Virus record (IMG/VR): IMGVR_UViG_3300021255_000131 | Coordinates: 47,049-111,048 of that record | From: a virus | Taxonomy: Duplodnaviria > Caudoviricetes | Direction: 5' to 3' (one strand) | Length of the DNA stretch: 64,000 bases | Shown: in pieces, positions 25,810-36,307 of the stretch | Numbering within the stretch: position 1 is the stretch's first letter | How the letters are laid out: the number at the start of each line of letters is the position of its first letter | Translations under genes and position numbers: made by a program | The notes under the pieces: generated by a model | Database searches by the model: none | What the model saw: the letters and a program-made list of their open reading frames with translations, nothing else | Told to the model about the DNA's origin: nothing

Positions 25810-26186
25810 CGGAGGGGTTTACGGTCGCGTATAACGACGTGACCGACGCGTAGAGACGTTCGTCAACGTCTCTGAGTACCCGTTAAGGTACTCAACCTCG
25901 GCTGTGCGAGCCGAGAGCCAACGGATCTTGCGCACTTGACCGAGTGCGCAGGCTAATGCATACAGCGTGTCAGCGCTGTCATGCACCAGGCGCTGTTTGT
26001 CAGCGCGTCCTGGCTTGGCGCCTGAGTCCACCATGAAGCCAAGGTTATTCAATGGACATTGCATCCGCCGGGCACCCCACCCATTTACGCTGAAAACATA
26101 AACGAGGGAGAAAACCCAACAAATTTGTTCTTCTCTAAGTCCCTTCTCTAAGTCTCTTCTAACCGTGCTCAGCACGGTCTTTTTTA
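25810..26186 (+). ncRNA. Candidate structured ncRNA made of back-to-back hairpins, between the two arms
   Basis: At least six consecutive stems at 25822-26006 with G:U pairs favouring the plus strand; upstream promoter; terminator ACCGTGC/GCACGGT + T6 at 26162-26185. Confidence 0.5.
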
Positions 26187-26197
26187 TTGCCAAAAAA

Positions 26198-26227
26198 CAT
26201 GTCGACATTCAAGAATGGATATATATG
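26198..26227 (+). promoter_or_regulatory. Phage-specific promoter-like motif B, copy 3 (head of the late operon)
   Basis: CATGTCGACATTCAAGAATGGATATATATG, identical to the copy at 2386-2415. Confidence 0.75.
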
Positions 26228-26282
26228 GAAAGAGACGAGGGTCTCTGACCAAGATTTTATGATCAATTCAAGAGGTGTTTTT

Positions 26283-26669
26283 ATGCAGAACAAAACCTAT
26301 GAGAACAACACGTACGTTGCTCAGCGTCCCGCCTATGGATTCAATCAACCGCCAAAGCAGGCGTATGATATGGAGTACGGCACGCAGAGCAGAAAAGAAT
26401 TTGAGTATCTGAAAGATCATGGCATGCTGCCCGTGTTCGTTAAGAAATCCGAATACGGCATCAAGACCTACAAGTACACGAAGACGCCGGCTTTATTTAA
26501 ACTCCTTGTCGATTACTTCACCGCTGTTAAAGCCGAGAAGGAATACGATAAGTTGAACCGTGAGATCGAAAATAACAAGACTCCTCTGTCCGAAGAAGAG
26601 GAGCATGAGATTATCGATTCTCTGATTGATCGCGGCGCTCCGATTCGGAAGGCGCGTATCTATGCCTAA
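26283..26669 (+). CDS. Hypothetical protein, first late-operon gene
   Basis: GAGGTG RBS before ATG at 26283. Confidence 0.7.
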   Translation: MQNKTYENNTYVAQRPAYGFNQPPKQAYDMEYGTQSRKEFEYLKDHGMLPVFVKKSEYGIKTYKYTKTPALFKLLVDYFTAVKAEKEYDKLNREIENNKTPLSEEEEHEIIDSLIDRGAPIRKARIYA

Positions 26670-27558
26670 TGTTACTGAGTCAAAACCGAAGCGTATACCG
26701 AAGCCGCCGCAGACAAAGCTCTGTCTTAAGTGCGGCCGGGTAAAGCCTATCGCCGACTACTACGTCAACCGAGACTGGGAAGACCAGCTCGGCAAAGACA
26801 TTTGGTGCAAGGATTGTGTCAATCGTTGTTCTTCCAAAGACGAAGTGCGTGAGTACTTTTGGGAGAACCATCGCGAATGGAATGATCGTATCTGGCAGAA
26901 AGCCGAGGAACGCGCTGAGAAGCTGGCCGCCAACAACACGGTTTATCAGAAAGCAAACGATGACCGTAGGCGCATCCTGCTTGAAAAACTTACATGTCAG
27001 CAAGTGCCGGCAGTGATGGGCGTCTATTACAAATACATTGATAACGGAGAAGACGGCAAGACGATTACCTATGCGGAAGCGAAAGAAAATGGACAGATCG
27101 TAGAAGAAGCCGATCCTAATGTCAAAACGTACAGCCACAAGTTCAACGGGTACTTTAAACCTAACGAGCTTGAATACCTTGAAGAATACTATGCCGGGCT
27201 TGAGGAAGACTTTGATCTTTCTGACACTAACCTTCGCGACATCGCACGCAAGCTCGCAAAGGCAAGCTTGCAAGCCGATAAAGCACAGGATGATTTCATG
27301 GCCGGCAAGTGCGATTACAGCGTCGTTAAAGACGCTATCTCTCAATTTGACTTATTGAGTAAGTCTGGTAACTTTGCCGCATGCAAACGCAAGCCTGGAG
27401 AAAATGCCGGCATGAGTTCCTGGTCGGAACTGACTCTGAAGCTTGAGACATCCGGACATCCTTGTACACGAAAGATTGAGTGGCCTAAGGACGATGTAGA
27501 CAAAACGCTTGAAGAGTTCAAATACATTATTGAGGCTTTAGGTCTTGATCAGCAGTAG
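26662..27558 (+). CDS. Zn-finger protein upstream of TerL, putative terminase small subunit
   Basis: CLKCG...WCKDC; position immediately before TerL. Confidence 0.6.
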   Translation: MPNVTESKPKRIPKPPQTKLCLKCGRVKPIADYYVNRDWEDQLGKDIWCKDCVNRCSSKDEVREYFWENHREWNDRIWQKAEERAEKLAANNTVYQKANDDRRRILLEKLTCQQVPAVMGVYYKYIDNGEDGKTITYAEAKENGQIVEEADPNVKTYSHKFNGYFKPNELEYLEEYYAGLEEDFDLSDTNLRDIARKLAKASLQADKAQDDFMAGKCDYSVVKDAISQFDLLSKSGNFAACKRKPGENAGMSSWSELTLKLETSGHPCTRKIEWPKDDVDKTLEEFKYIIEALGLDQQ

Positions 27559-27576
27559 CAAGGAGGTGGTGGCCGC

Positions 27577-29222
27577 ATGATGTCAAAGCCAGGCGTTATA
27601 ACGAACTGGGACGTTGCTGAAGAGCAAGTCATTTTTTATCGAACTCACTTAGACATCTTTATATAGAAGACGCGTTTCCACCTTATAAGCTGACCCGCGA
27701 CCAGCATGTTATTGCCAGAGCTACCGGCAACGGAGAAGACATTAAGCCAGTAGAAAGCCGCGGGTCTGGCAAAACTTGGCTCATGGCTTTATGCGCACAT
27801 TCTATCTGCTGTCTTTATCCGGGTACTATCGTTGCTGTATGTGCCGGCACTGCGGAGCAAGCGACGCTTATCTTCCAGAAGCTGAAGATGATGGCGGAGC
27901 AAAATCCGAATATCGCTAATGAGATGCAGGCAAACAACGCTCGCAATCTTGTTCAGCTTTCCGGCGACAAAGGTAAAGTGACCTATAAGAACGGATCCAA
28001 GATGGAAAGCTTTGCTGTCCGCTCTATGCGCGGACAGCGCGCCAAGATCGTCATCGTCGACGAGATCCCCGAGGTTGACCAGGATGAATTAGACGCGATC
28101 GTTTCACCTATCCTTAACTATCGCAGAGACATCTCGTTTAACTATGGGTTCAAAGATTACGCGTCTAAAATGATTTCTATTACTTCAGCCTGCGAAAAGT
28201 CTAACTCATTTTACGATGCGTTCTTGCGTACCGTTAAGGATATGGCGCGAGGCGAACCTGGAGCGTTCGCCTGCGCCTTAGACTACCGTGCCGCGGCAGC
28301 TAACGGAATTACCGATATGGATTTCTTCATGAAGAAGAAAGCTGAGTTGCCGCAGTCCGTATTTGACAAAGAATATGGATCAAAGTTTATTGGCGCGACG
28401 ACGAACTCTGCGTTCCCGTACGAGCTGACGCAGACTTGCCGTACGTTGAAGAAGGTTGAGCTCGAGCAGCCTAAGAACAGTAAATCGAGATACGTTATAT
28501 CTTTAGACATAGCTACGTCTGAAGCAAAAGGCGCCGACAACTCTATTATCACAGTACTCAAATTCAATGAGCGAAGTGATGGTACTTACGCAAGGAAGGT
28601 TGTCCTGATCCGAAGCTTCCACGGTAAAGGCTTGGATGTACTCGCTGAAGAGCTGCGCAAGCTTTACCATTTAAAGTTTCCAAATACAGAAAAAATTGTC
28701 TACGACGCTCGTGGCTTAGGCGACAGCTTAGACAAGTTCTTTGACAAAGAGTGGGTCGACATAAATGGAAAAGAGTATCCTCCGCTTGTTGTAGACGATA
28801 CTCCTAACATGAACTCGGCGGCTTTACCTGTGTTGCATCCATTCCGCGCCGTCCAGACTTTGAACCAGCGGATCTACACAAACCTGCGCGTCGCCTTAGA
28901 AAAGCGTACGATCGAGATCCCTGTGAATCAGCGCATTATACGCGCTGATCAGGAAGCAATAGATGATCCCTCAAAGCGGATGAGCAAAGAAGAGCAGGCA
29001 ATATATTATGAAGCCGACGCCTTGCAATTCGAGATGGGTAACATCGTCAGCAAGGTAGGTGCAAGCGGCAACGTATTATACGACACGCCGCGGAACTCAA
29101 TGCACAAGGACCGCTACTCAAGTCTCGCGATGGGCAACGACTACATCAGCGAGCTTGAAAAAGATAGCGTCAAACGTCATAAACGTGGCAAGCCCTGCGT
29201 TGGGCTTGTCAGTTATTTTTAA
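27577..29222 (+). CDS. terL: Terminase large subunit, reading frame broken at ~27661
   Basis: Walker A SRGSGKT just upstream of the called ORF, Walker B IVIVDE, nuclease motifs SLDIA, YDARGLG, HKDRYSS. ATG at 27577 with AAGGAGGTG RBS hits TAG at 27664; the coding frame resumes at 27663. Confidence 0.88.
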
Positions 29223-29237
29223 GGAGGTTGAGCGGCT

Positions 29238-30815
29238 ATGGGCTGGTTCGACAGATTCCGAAGACGGAAACCGGTAGAGGCTGCGGTTGAAAAGCCTCCT
29301 ACGCAGAACAAGCAAAAAGTTGTTACCGGCGCGAAAGATGAAGATGACTTTATCAAGTACTCGTCGTTTTCTAATTCTAACATTACTTTTAGCGGCAGCT
29401 TGTCGGGCTATGATTACGACAGCATTTTGCGGAACAAGCAAAGGAATATCGTAAGTTTGTATCAGCTGTCTGACTATTACAGCGACGCTGACTCTGTCGT
29501 GCATGGTATCATCAAACACGTATACGTTCCGTATACGGTTGGGTCTTCGTGGACATTATCTGGCACGAACGACAAGACGAACAAAATCTACGAAGAGTAC
29601 TACAAGAAGATTCGGCTCAGAGAGAAACTTGAAAGCATCGCCACGGAATACTGGAAATACGCTAACGTATTTGTCTATATTCTAAACGGCGTGCCAATTA
29701 CTCTTCCTGTGCATCTCTGTAAAATCGGCGACACGATGCTGAACGGCGAGCCGATCGTTGACTTTGACTGCCAGACGATTCTGAATGAATGGCGTGTTAA
29801 AAACTACGCTATTAAAGAAAACTGGATCAAGGACAATAACCTCCAGCATTACTTTGAGGGGTATCCACCTGAGATTCGGGAAGCTTTGAACGCCGGGCAG
29901 CAGTATGCCCAGCTCAATCCTAAGTATACGAAAGTGCTTCAAGCTCCGAAGGAAGGCTGGCTGAGATACAGCATTCCTTTTATCGCGGCTTGTCTTCCGG
30001 CGCTCGCGAAAAAGGAACTCATCTCTAAATACGAAAACGCAATCCTTAACCTCGGTATCCGCTCGTTTGTTCACATTACTTATGGAGACAAACAAAAGGG
30101 ACGTGACATCCTCCCAGATGCTGCTGAGCTTACCGATGTGCGCTCGATTTTCTCAAGAGCTATGTCTAACTTTCCTTTAGCTGTAACGAATCAGCTTGCG
30201 GAAGCTCATGTCGTTCAGCCGAAGCTCGATGATCTTTTCCAGTTTGACAAATATCGCGACGTTAACAACGATATTCTTTCAGCTGGAGGCATCAGCGGCA
30301 TTATCGTCAACGGCATCTCTGAAGACGGCAGTACCTTCGCTTCCGCTCAGGTGTCTATGCAGACGGCAGCCGAGCGTATCGACGCGGCGAGGGACGAGAT
30401 CTGCGAGCTCATGAATAAGATCAATGTCTGTATTCAGGAAGAGCTTGCGTTATCTCACGTCTACAACGTCAGCCAGGTTCCTGAGTTCAAGTTTAAGCCG
30501 TTGGATATGGATGGCCGCAAAGCGATGCGCGAAACCTGTAAGGAGCTTTGGGCTCAGGGCTTAGTGTCTACTCAGACAATGATGAAGACACATGGCTATT
30601 CGTTTGAACGGGAACGCGCTATGCGTGAAGAAGAGAAAGCGAACGGCGCCGACGAAGTGTTTGCGCCGCGGCCGCTGCAGGGCCAGACGTCTACTGAGAA
30701 AGAAAGCGGCAGGCCAGAGATGACCGACGAGGAGCGACACTCGGATCCCGACGCTGCCAACAGAAGCAAACAACCCAAGCCATCCAACCCAGACGGCAGT
30801 ATGGATGACACGTAA
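29238..30815 (+). CDS. Portal protein
   Basis: 525 aa directly after TerL; basic N-terminus and GRP-containing disordered C-terminus typical of portals. Confidence 0.8.
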   Translation: MGWFDRFRRRKPVEAAVEKPPTQNKQKVVTGAKDEDDFIKYSSFSNSNITFSGSLSGYDYDSILRNKQRNIVSLYQLSDYYSDADSVVHGIIKHVYVPYTVGSSWTLSGTNDKTNKIYEEYYKKIRLREKLESIATEYWKYANVFVYILNGVPITLPVHLCKIGDTMLNGEPIVDFDCQTILNEWRVKNYAIKENWIKDNNLQHYFEGYPPEIREALNAGQQYAQLNPKYTKVLQAPKEGWLRYSIPFIAACLPALAKKELISKYENAILNLGIRSFVHITYGDKQKGRDILPDAAELTDVRSIFSRAMSNFPLAVTNQLAEAHVVQPKLDDLFQFDKYRDVNNDILSAGGISGIIVNGISEDGSTFASAQVSMQTAAERIDAARDEICELMNKINVCIQEELALSHVYNVSQVPEFKFKPLDMDGRKAMRETCKELWAQGLVSTQTMMKTHGYSFERERAMREEEKANGADEVFAPRPLQGQTSTEKESGRPEMTDEERHSDPDAANRSKQPKPSNPDGSMDDT

Positions 30816-30832
30816 TAATAGGAGTGGTCAAT

Positions 30833-30997
30833 ATGCGCATTTATGAAAACGGTACTTACCGTGACGCAACCGAAGCTGAAATCGCGGCCGCCGAGAGCGT
30901 CGTCGAGCCGGACGAGAAGCAGACGCTTGAGCAGCGCCTTGCTGAGCTCGAACAGGAGCTGGAGGCTACGAAGATTCTGCTGGGGGTGAGTGAATGA
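30833..30997 (+). CDS. Small coiled-coil protein (54 aa)
   Basis: Manual translation MRIYENGTYRDATEAE...LEQRLAELEQELEATKILLGVSE; ATGA overlap with the next gene. Confidence 0.7.
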   Translation: MRIYENGTYRDATEAEIAAAESVVEPDEKQTLEQRLAELEQELEATKILLGVSE

Positions 30998-31392
30998 CTC
31001 TTACCGAGCTTGCGCAGAAGCTGCGTTCTTATATCGAGAAGGCGGCTATTTCTCTGAGCGACGAAGACGCGCTTGACGCGGTGCAGCTGTATCCGAGCTG
31101 GAAGAACGAACACGAATATAAGACGATTGGCGAACGCGTGCGTTACGATGGCGTTTTATATAAGGTTCTTCAGCCCCACACGTCTCAGAGCGCTTGGACG
31201 CCTCCGGCTGCGCCTTCTCTGTTCGCGAAGGTACTGATTCCGGATCCCGATGTGATTCCTGAATGGGAACAGCCTGACAGTACGAACCCTTATATGAAGG
31301 AAGACAAAGTTACACACAACGGTAAGACCTGGATCTCTGACGTAGACAATAATGTCTGGGAGCCGGGGGTCTATGGCTGGTCCGAGGTGTAA
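30994..31392 (+). CDS. Protein with CBM5/12 (chitin-binding type 3)-like modules
   Basis: YPSW...RVRYDGVLYKVLQPHTSQSAWTP and WEQPDSTNPY...KVTHNGKTWIS...WEPGVYGW. Confidence 0.8.
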   Translation: MTLTELAQKLRSYIEKAAISLSDEDALDAVQLYPSWKNEHEYKTIGERVRYDGVLYKVLQPHTSQSAWTPPAAPSLFAKVLIPDPDVIPEWEQPDSTNPYMKEDKVTHNGKTWISDVDNNVWEPGVYGWSEV

Positions 31393-31516
31393 CGAATATT
31401 ACATATTATTTGTGACATAGCGCCGGCTTTCTATTGAGGCCGGCTTTATGTATATCTGTGCAAACACATAAAGTATCTCCCACTGCTGTATGTGTAAGCA
31501 TGAAGGAGAAATGCGT

Positions 31517-32644
31517 ATGAACCAAATTACGTTCATAGCGTCTGCCTCCGAGCTGCAAACTTCTGACCTGTATATGACTGTGAAAGCAACGTTGTTCACT
31601 GTACCCGAAGCAAACTTGAACGGCGTGCGCTGCACGCACGAATTCCTTTCGGAAATCGTAGAACATCAGGACAAGTATATTGGCCTGCCTCTTTGCGCAG
31701 ATGTAAAAAATTTGGCACAAGGCCGATATGAAAAGCTGGGTCATTGTTACAACCCGGTAACCGGAACCTTTCTGACGTCAATGATAGGAAGCTTTTATAA
31801 GTTTGAGTCTGTTGCTACAGAGAACGACGGAGAGGCGCTGGTTGGATACGCCAGGATTCTGAAACGGAACAAAGCTGTATGCAAGGCGATTGGCGAACTG
31901 TTTGCCGAAGGCGCGTTGAAGTTCAGCTTTGAAATTGCCTGCGGGAGTTACGAGACGCTCGACGACAAGACGATCTTGATCGACGCGGCGGACGACAATT
32001 ATCTCGAAGGCATGTGTGTCGTTTCGTTCCCTGCTTGTCCCGAGGCCGTAGCGTTGCAGCTCGTGGCCGAAATCGAAGCTTGTAACAAAGATCTGACAAA
32101 GGAGGCAGAAAATATGCCTAATGAAGAGGCTGAACAGCCTATTGAAACTGTGGTCGCTGAAGAAGTGACAGAACAGGAAGCGGAACAAACCGCTGAAGTC
32201 AAACCCGAAACAGATGAAGTTGTCGCTGAAGAAACAGCTGCTGTTGTCGTGACCGAAACGCATGTCGAAGTTGACGAAGCTAACGCTTATGATACTGAGA
32301 CCGGCGAAGAAGTTTCTGAACGCAACGTTCATGAGACGACTACCCGCACCTACGCTGAGGAAGAACAGCAAGAAGAAGAAACGGCCGCCTGCAAAGACGA
32401 CAAAGAGAAGGAAGATGAAATAGCTTCTCTGAAGGAAATGATTGCCGAGCTTCGCAAGGAATTAGTTTCCGTAACGGAAGGCATCAATGATGTCCGCAAC
32501 ATGTTTGCGGAACGGGAAAAGCAAGTTGCTGAAACCGTCAACCCTTTCATGGCTGAAATTGAGCAGCCTGTGAAAAAGTATTCTCTGCTCGAGTCTGACA
32601 ACGAGCCGGCGAGCAAGCAGTGGTCGCTGCTTGATCCGGCGTAA
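31517..32644 (+). CDS. Prohead protease/scaffold protein
   Basis: NLNGV, FSFEI, EGMCVVSFPACPEA protease-like N-terminus plus long acidic scaffold region; position before the capsid genes. Confidence 0.72.
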   Translation: MNQITFIASASELQTSDLYMTVKATLFTVPEANLNGVRCTHEFLSEIVEHQDKYIGLPLCADVKNLAQGRYEKLGHCYNPVTGTFLTSMIGSFYKFESVATENDGEALVGYARILKRNKAVCKAIGELFAEGALKFSFEIACGSYETLDDKTILIDAADDNYLEGMCVVSFPACPEAVALQLVAEIEACNKDLTKEAENMPNEEAEQPIETVVAEEVTEQEAEQTAEVKPETDEVVAEETAAVVVTETHVEVDEANAYDTETGEEVSERNVHETTTRTYAEEEQQEEETAACKDDKEKEDEIASLKEMIAELRKELVSVTEGINDVRNMFAEREKQVAETVNPFMAEIEQPVKKYSLLESDNEPASKQWSLLDPA

Positions 32645-32712
32645 GTAAATAAACAATCGAGTATTGCCGCCCTTCGGATTGGGCGGCAATACGCATTTTT
32701 GGAGGGATAGCT

Positions 32713-33144
32713 ATGGCTGGATACATGACCAAGCTGCAGGGCTACCTCTATGAAGGCGAATTCACTAACGGCACTGGCGCCCCCGTCGAGAACGGTACGC
32801 TGGTTGCTCTCGGTTCCGGTGATGACGCCGGCAAGATGGTCCTGCCCGCGGCTAATGCCAATACTAAGTTTGTGTGCAAGGAAGTTGCCGCTATCTATGA
32901 CGGTATTCCTGCTTATCGTTTTATCGTGACTGCTATCAATACGCCCGTGTATTTCGTCGAAAACGGCTTCGAGCTGAACGTCGGCGAGGGCGAATATGAT
33001 ACTACCCAATACGCCACTAAGGACGGCGCTTTCCTGCGTGCTCACCCGCTGCAGGTCGGCGAAGAGTTTGTGACCAACATGGTCACTGGCACCCCTGTGG
33101 CTGGCACCGAGTACTCCGTCAAGGCTGACGGTACGATCGGTTAA
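32713..33144 (+). CDS. Head decoration/cement protein
   Basis: 143 aa, VENGTLVAL, position between scaffold and MCP. Confidence 0.65.
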   Translation: MAGYMTKLQGYLYEGEFTNGTGAPVENGTLVALGSGDDAGKMVLPAANANTKFVCKEVAAIYDGIPAYRFIVTAINTPVYFVENGFELNVGEGEYDTTQYATKDGAFLRAHPLQVGEEFVTNMVTGTPVAGTEYSVKADGTIG

Positions 33145-33165
33145 TCAGGCTGAGAGGTGATAACT

Positions 33166-34170
33166 ATGGCTGATATTAATGTGACAAAAGACAGTAAGTT
33201 TGTAAAGGTGCTTACTGCTCAGGCTAAGAACGAACGCGTTGATTCTAACCTGGTTCAGGAAGCTAACGAGATCGTTGCCGAACTCGTGAAGGATCCTTCT
33301 CCCCAGAATCGCCATCAATTGGCGCAGACTGTCGGCTTCGCCGTCAACGATCTGCAGCAGGGCGAGCTGGATTTCCTCAATCATGTTGCCGACATTAAGA
33401 ACATTGCGTATGGCGACAAGGCCGCGTTCAATGTGAAGACCGGCGGTATCAAGGCGTATATCCAGGCCAAGGGCTCTACAACCGCCCGCAGCTACGTGGC
33501 TGACCGTCAGGTGACGCTGGAGACCGTTGAAATCTCCGCTCGTCCCGCGATCAACATTATGGATCTGCGTACCGGCCGTGTGAACATGGCCGACCTGATC
33601 CGTGAAGCAAACCGCGAAATGACCAACATGAAGCTCGCCAAGATCGAAGGCGTGCTGCATGACGCGATCGACGATTATGCTTCCCCGTTCTACGCTACCG
33701 GTACCGGCGTGGTCAAGGCCACCCTGGACGCCCAGCTGGCGTACTTCAACCGCCTGGGCAATGTGACCCTGCTGGGTGACGCGGCCGCGGTTGGTCAGCT
33801 GTCTGGTATTACTGGCTTCGCGAGCTACAGCGGCCAGAACATGATCGTGAGCCCGTCCGACAATATGATCGACGAGCTGAACAACAACGGCTTCATCGGC
33901 CGTTATATGGGCGCGAACGTTATGAAGCTGCAGAACGCATACAAGGATGGTACGACCACTCCTGTGCTGGCTGTGGACTGGATCTATATCCTGCCCGCTG
34001 GCATGACCGGCGATGCTCGCAACCTGAAGGTTGTGAACGAAGGCAACGTTAACGCGTTTGAATCTCAGAACATCGACGATCTCGTTTACGAGATCCGCCT
34101 CGATCAATGGTTTGGTGCTGGCTTTGTGACCGGCAAGCTGCCTACGATCGGCGCTTATAAGATCGGCTAA
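33166..34170 (+). CDS. Major capsid protein
   Basis: 334 aa, strongly biased codon usage, GFIGRYMGANV motif, followed by a hairpin. Confidence 0.82.
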   Translation: MADINVTKDSKFVKVLTAQAKNERVDSNLVQEANEIVAELVKDPSPQNRHQLAQTVGFAVNDLQQGELDFLNHVADIKNIAYGDKAAFNVKTGGIKAYIQAKGSTTARSYVADRQVTLETVEISARPAINIMDLRTGRVNMADLIREANREMTNMKLAKIEGVLHDAIDDYASPFYATGTGVVKATLDAQLAYFNRLGNVTLLGDAAAVGQLSGITGFASYSGQNMIVSPSDNMIDELNNNGFIGRYMGANVMKLQNAYKDGTTTPVLAVDWIYILPAGMTGDARNLKVVNEGNVNAFESQNIDDLVYEIRLDQWFGAGFVTGKLPTIGAYKIG

Positions 34171-34177
34171 TTTAACG

Positions 34178-34210
34178 CGAGGCCGTCCTTTATGGGGCGG
34201 CCTCGCTCTT
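34178..34210 (+). terminator. Hairpin after the capsid gene
   Basis: GCGAGGCCGTCC/GGGCGGCCTCGC. Confidence 0.55.
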
Positions 34211-34230
34211 AAGGTAGAAAGGTGTTAATT

Positions 34231-34677
34231 ATGACTGAAACATTATATCGAGTATACAATAAATGCAAGTATGATATCGGTGTCGTGACTCAACAGAATA
34301 TCGGTATCAATATCAAGGCCGGCAGTTTTCAGATGCTGACGCCTAACGATATTGCGTTTATCGAAGCAAACTGTGCCGACAGGAAATTCTTTTCTCAGAG
34401 GATGCTTGTGCCCGTCGATGACGATGGCAATGAGGTCGATCTGCGAAAGGTGCATGTGCCGGTTGACGTAGACGTTGTGCCGCACAGAAGTGACGACGAA
34501 ATCATTGCTGCGCTGAAAGGATCCGCGAAGAAGCTTGAAGACTGGCTGTCTACGATCGACGATCCTGCCGAGCTGCATGCTATTTATAAAGTTGCCGAGG
34601 GGCTTGATCTCCCCGCGAGCAAGCTGAAGATTCTCAGCGGCAAGATGCCGAACAAAGACTGGCTCGACCAGCGTTAA
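34231..34677 (+). CDS. Hypothetical head-module protein
   Basis: ORF with AAAGGTG RBS after the MCP. Confidence 0.7.
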   Translation: MTETLYRVYNKCKYDIGVVTQQNIGINIKAGSFQMLTPNDIAFIEANCADRKFFSQRMLVPVDDDGNEVDLRKVHVPVDVDVVPHRSDDEIIAALKGSAKKLEDWLSTIDDPAELHAIYKVAEGLDLPASKLKILSGKMPNKDWLDQR

Positions 34678-34699
34678 CTTAATTTGGGAGGTGAGACTT

Positions 34700-35128
34700 G
34701 TGACAAGCATCAATGATCTGATCGACGAAGTGAAGGATGCTACCGGGTGGCAGCGTACGCCTGAGCCTGTGACAGACAGCGACTATAAGCGCTTAATTGT
34801 CAACGCTATCAAAACGCTGTTTATTGATACGGGTCGAACCTTCCAGTATAAAAAAGAATATCTGACTCAAGACGAAAAAGGCAACGACGTCTTTGACTAC
34901 GATTTCGAGATTGACGAAGAGAAGTACATTCTTCTGACAGCGCAAATTGGATTCTTTAAAAAGGTTCAATCTGACGTGAATAACATCGTCAGCTACAGTA
35001 CAGACGCGTTAACCGTCACATCGGCTGACAAACCTTACACTCATTTACAGGACACTATCGGTGAGCTTGAGAATGAGCGCAGGATCGTTTTCTATAAAAT
35101 GAGCAGGTTTGTTTGCCTGCAGAACTAA
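34700..35128 (+). CDS. Putative head-tail adaptor
   Basis: Size, position, helical character; GGAGGTG RBS. Confidence 0.55.
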   Translation: MTSINDLIDEVKDATGWQRTPEPVTDSDYKRLIVNAIKTLFIDTGRTFQYKKEYLTQDEKGNDVFDYDFEIDEEKYILLTAQIGFFKKVQSDVNNIVSYSTDALTVTSADKPYTHLQDTIGELENERRIVFYKMSRFVCLQN

Positions 35129-35143
35129 GAGGAGGAACCCAAT

Positions 35144-36307
35144 ATGCCTAATGAATACACTGTGATTCATGCGGAAGATCATGCTGCCGCATTATACGCG
35201 GCGCAGCTTCAGGCCCGCATCGACGAAATCGAAGCCAGCGGCAGCGCTGTTGACGAGCATGGTGATCCGGTTACTATCGCCGCTGACCAGGTCGTTAAGT
35301 CCGGTACTGAAATCGGCGGCATTACGATTGGCAGTAAACGCACTGCCTTCTATGCTCCTGAGGTGCAAGTGCCAGAAGCGTCCAAGGTTGTTGTAACACC
35401 TTTGACGAACACAGGCACAAAGATTGCAAATATCAAGGTCGATAACACGCTGCACTCAATCTACGCGCCGGCTGGTGAACAAGTAACAGTTACGCCTGCG
35501 CTGAGCAACGGTGTGGCCATTGGTACGATCAAGGTTGGTAATACGACAAAAACACTGTACGCACCCGAAATCATTGACGATGGCAGCGGCGGCACAGTTG
35601 ATATCAGCGGCAAGCTTGACGCACCGGCTACCCCCGGTACAAGCGGGCAAGTGCTTGCCACGAACGGCCAGGGCACTACCTACTGGACAAACAATGGTTC
35701 TGGCGGCGGTTCTACTGTTACAGTAACACCGCGGCTTTCAAGCGGCACAAACATCGCTACGATCACCGTCAACGGCACGGCGACGCAGCTGTACGCTCCG
35801 ACGTCCGGTGGTGGTGGCTCTACTGTCGTGACCGGCGGCGGGGCGTTCCCGCTGCTGAAGTCTATCACGCTTGACGAAGATGTTTCAACCATCGTCATCA
35901 GCGAAGACGACGGTGGCAACGGTTTGAGTCTGACCGAAGGGTTCTTTATTCAGGCTGAGTTTGAACTCGCTTCTGAGAACCGCGCTCAGTATTTCAATGT
36001 TAGTCTTGGCAGCTCGGACAGCGAGAACAATGTGCCTGTGAGCACAAACCATCGTCTCGACACGACCAGGTTCACTTATGCCGATATCTACGGTGTTCAG
36101 GTCGCTCCGCAGCAATGGCTTGTTGAAACACACACGAAGCAAGCAATGTACGACGGCGCCACCGGCGTTGGCACAAATGTCGGTAACTTAAGCTATAACA
36201 ACTGGAACGGTTTTAACAACCCGCCGGCTACAGTCAACCGTGTAGTGATCAGCTTCAACACTTCGCTGTTCGGCAAGAATACGAAGATCAAACTCTTCGG
36301 TCGGTAA
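35144..36307 (+). CDS. Putative head/neck fibre with four ~30-aa repeats
   Basis: Repeated VTVTPxLxxGTxIxxIxVxxxxxxLYAP; GTSGQVLATNGQG fibre motif; Gly linkers. Confidence 0.65.
   Translation: MPNEYTVIHAEDHAAALYAAQLQARIDEIEASGSAVDEHGDPVTIAADQVVKSGTEIGGITIGSKRTAFYAPEVQVPEASKVVVTPLTNTGTKIANIKVDNTLHSIYAPAGEQVTVTPALSNGVAIGTIKVGNTTKTLYAPEIIDDGSGGTVDISGKLDAPATPGTSGQVLATNGQGTTYWTNNGSGGGSTVTVTPRLSSGTNIATITVNGTATQLYAPTSGGGGSTVVTGGGAFPLLKSITLDEDVSTIVISEDDGGNGLSLTEGFFIQAEFELASENRAQYFNVSLGSSDSENNVPVSTNHRLDTTRFTYADIYGVQVAPQQWLVETHTKQAMYDGATGVGTNVGNLSYNNWNGFNNPPATVNRVVISFNTSLFGKNTKIKLFGR

Noticed and set aside
27664-27666. TAG in terL as evidence for stop-codon reassignment (code 15)
   Set aside because: Reading through gives KTRFHLIS* and does not reach the Walker A frame; other genes end normally in TAG and no suppressor tRNA was seen.
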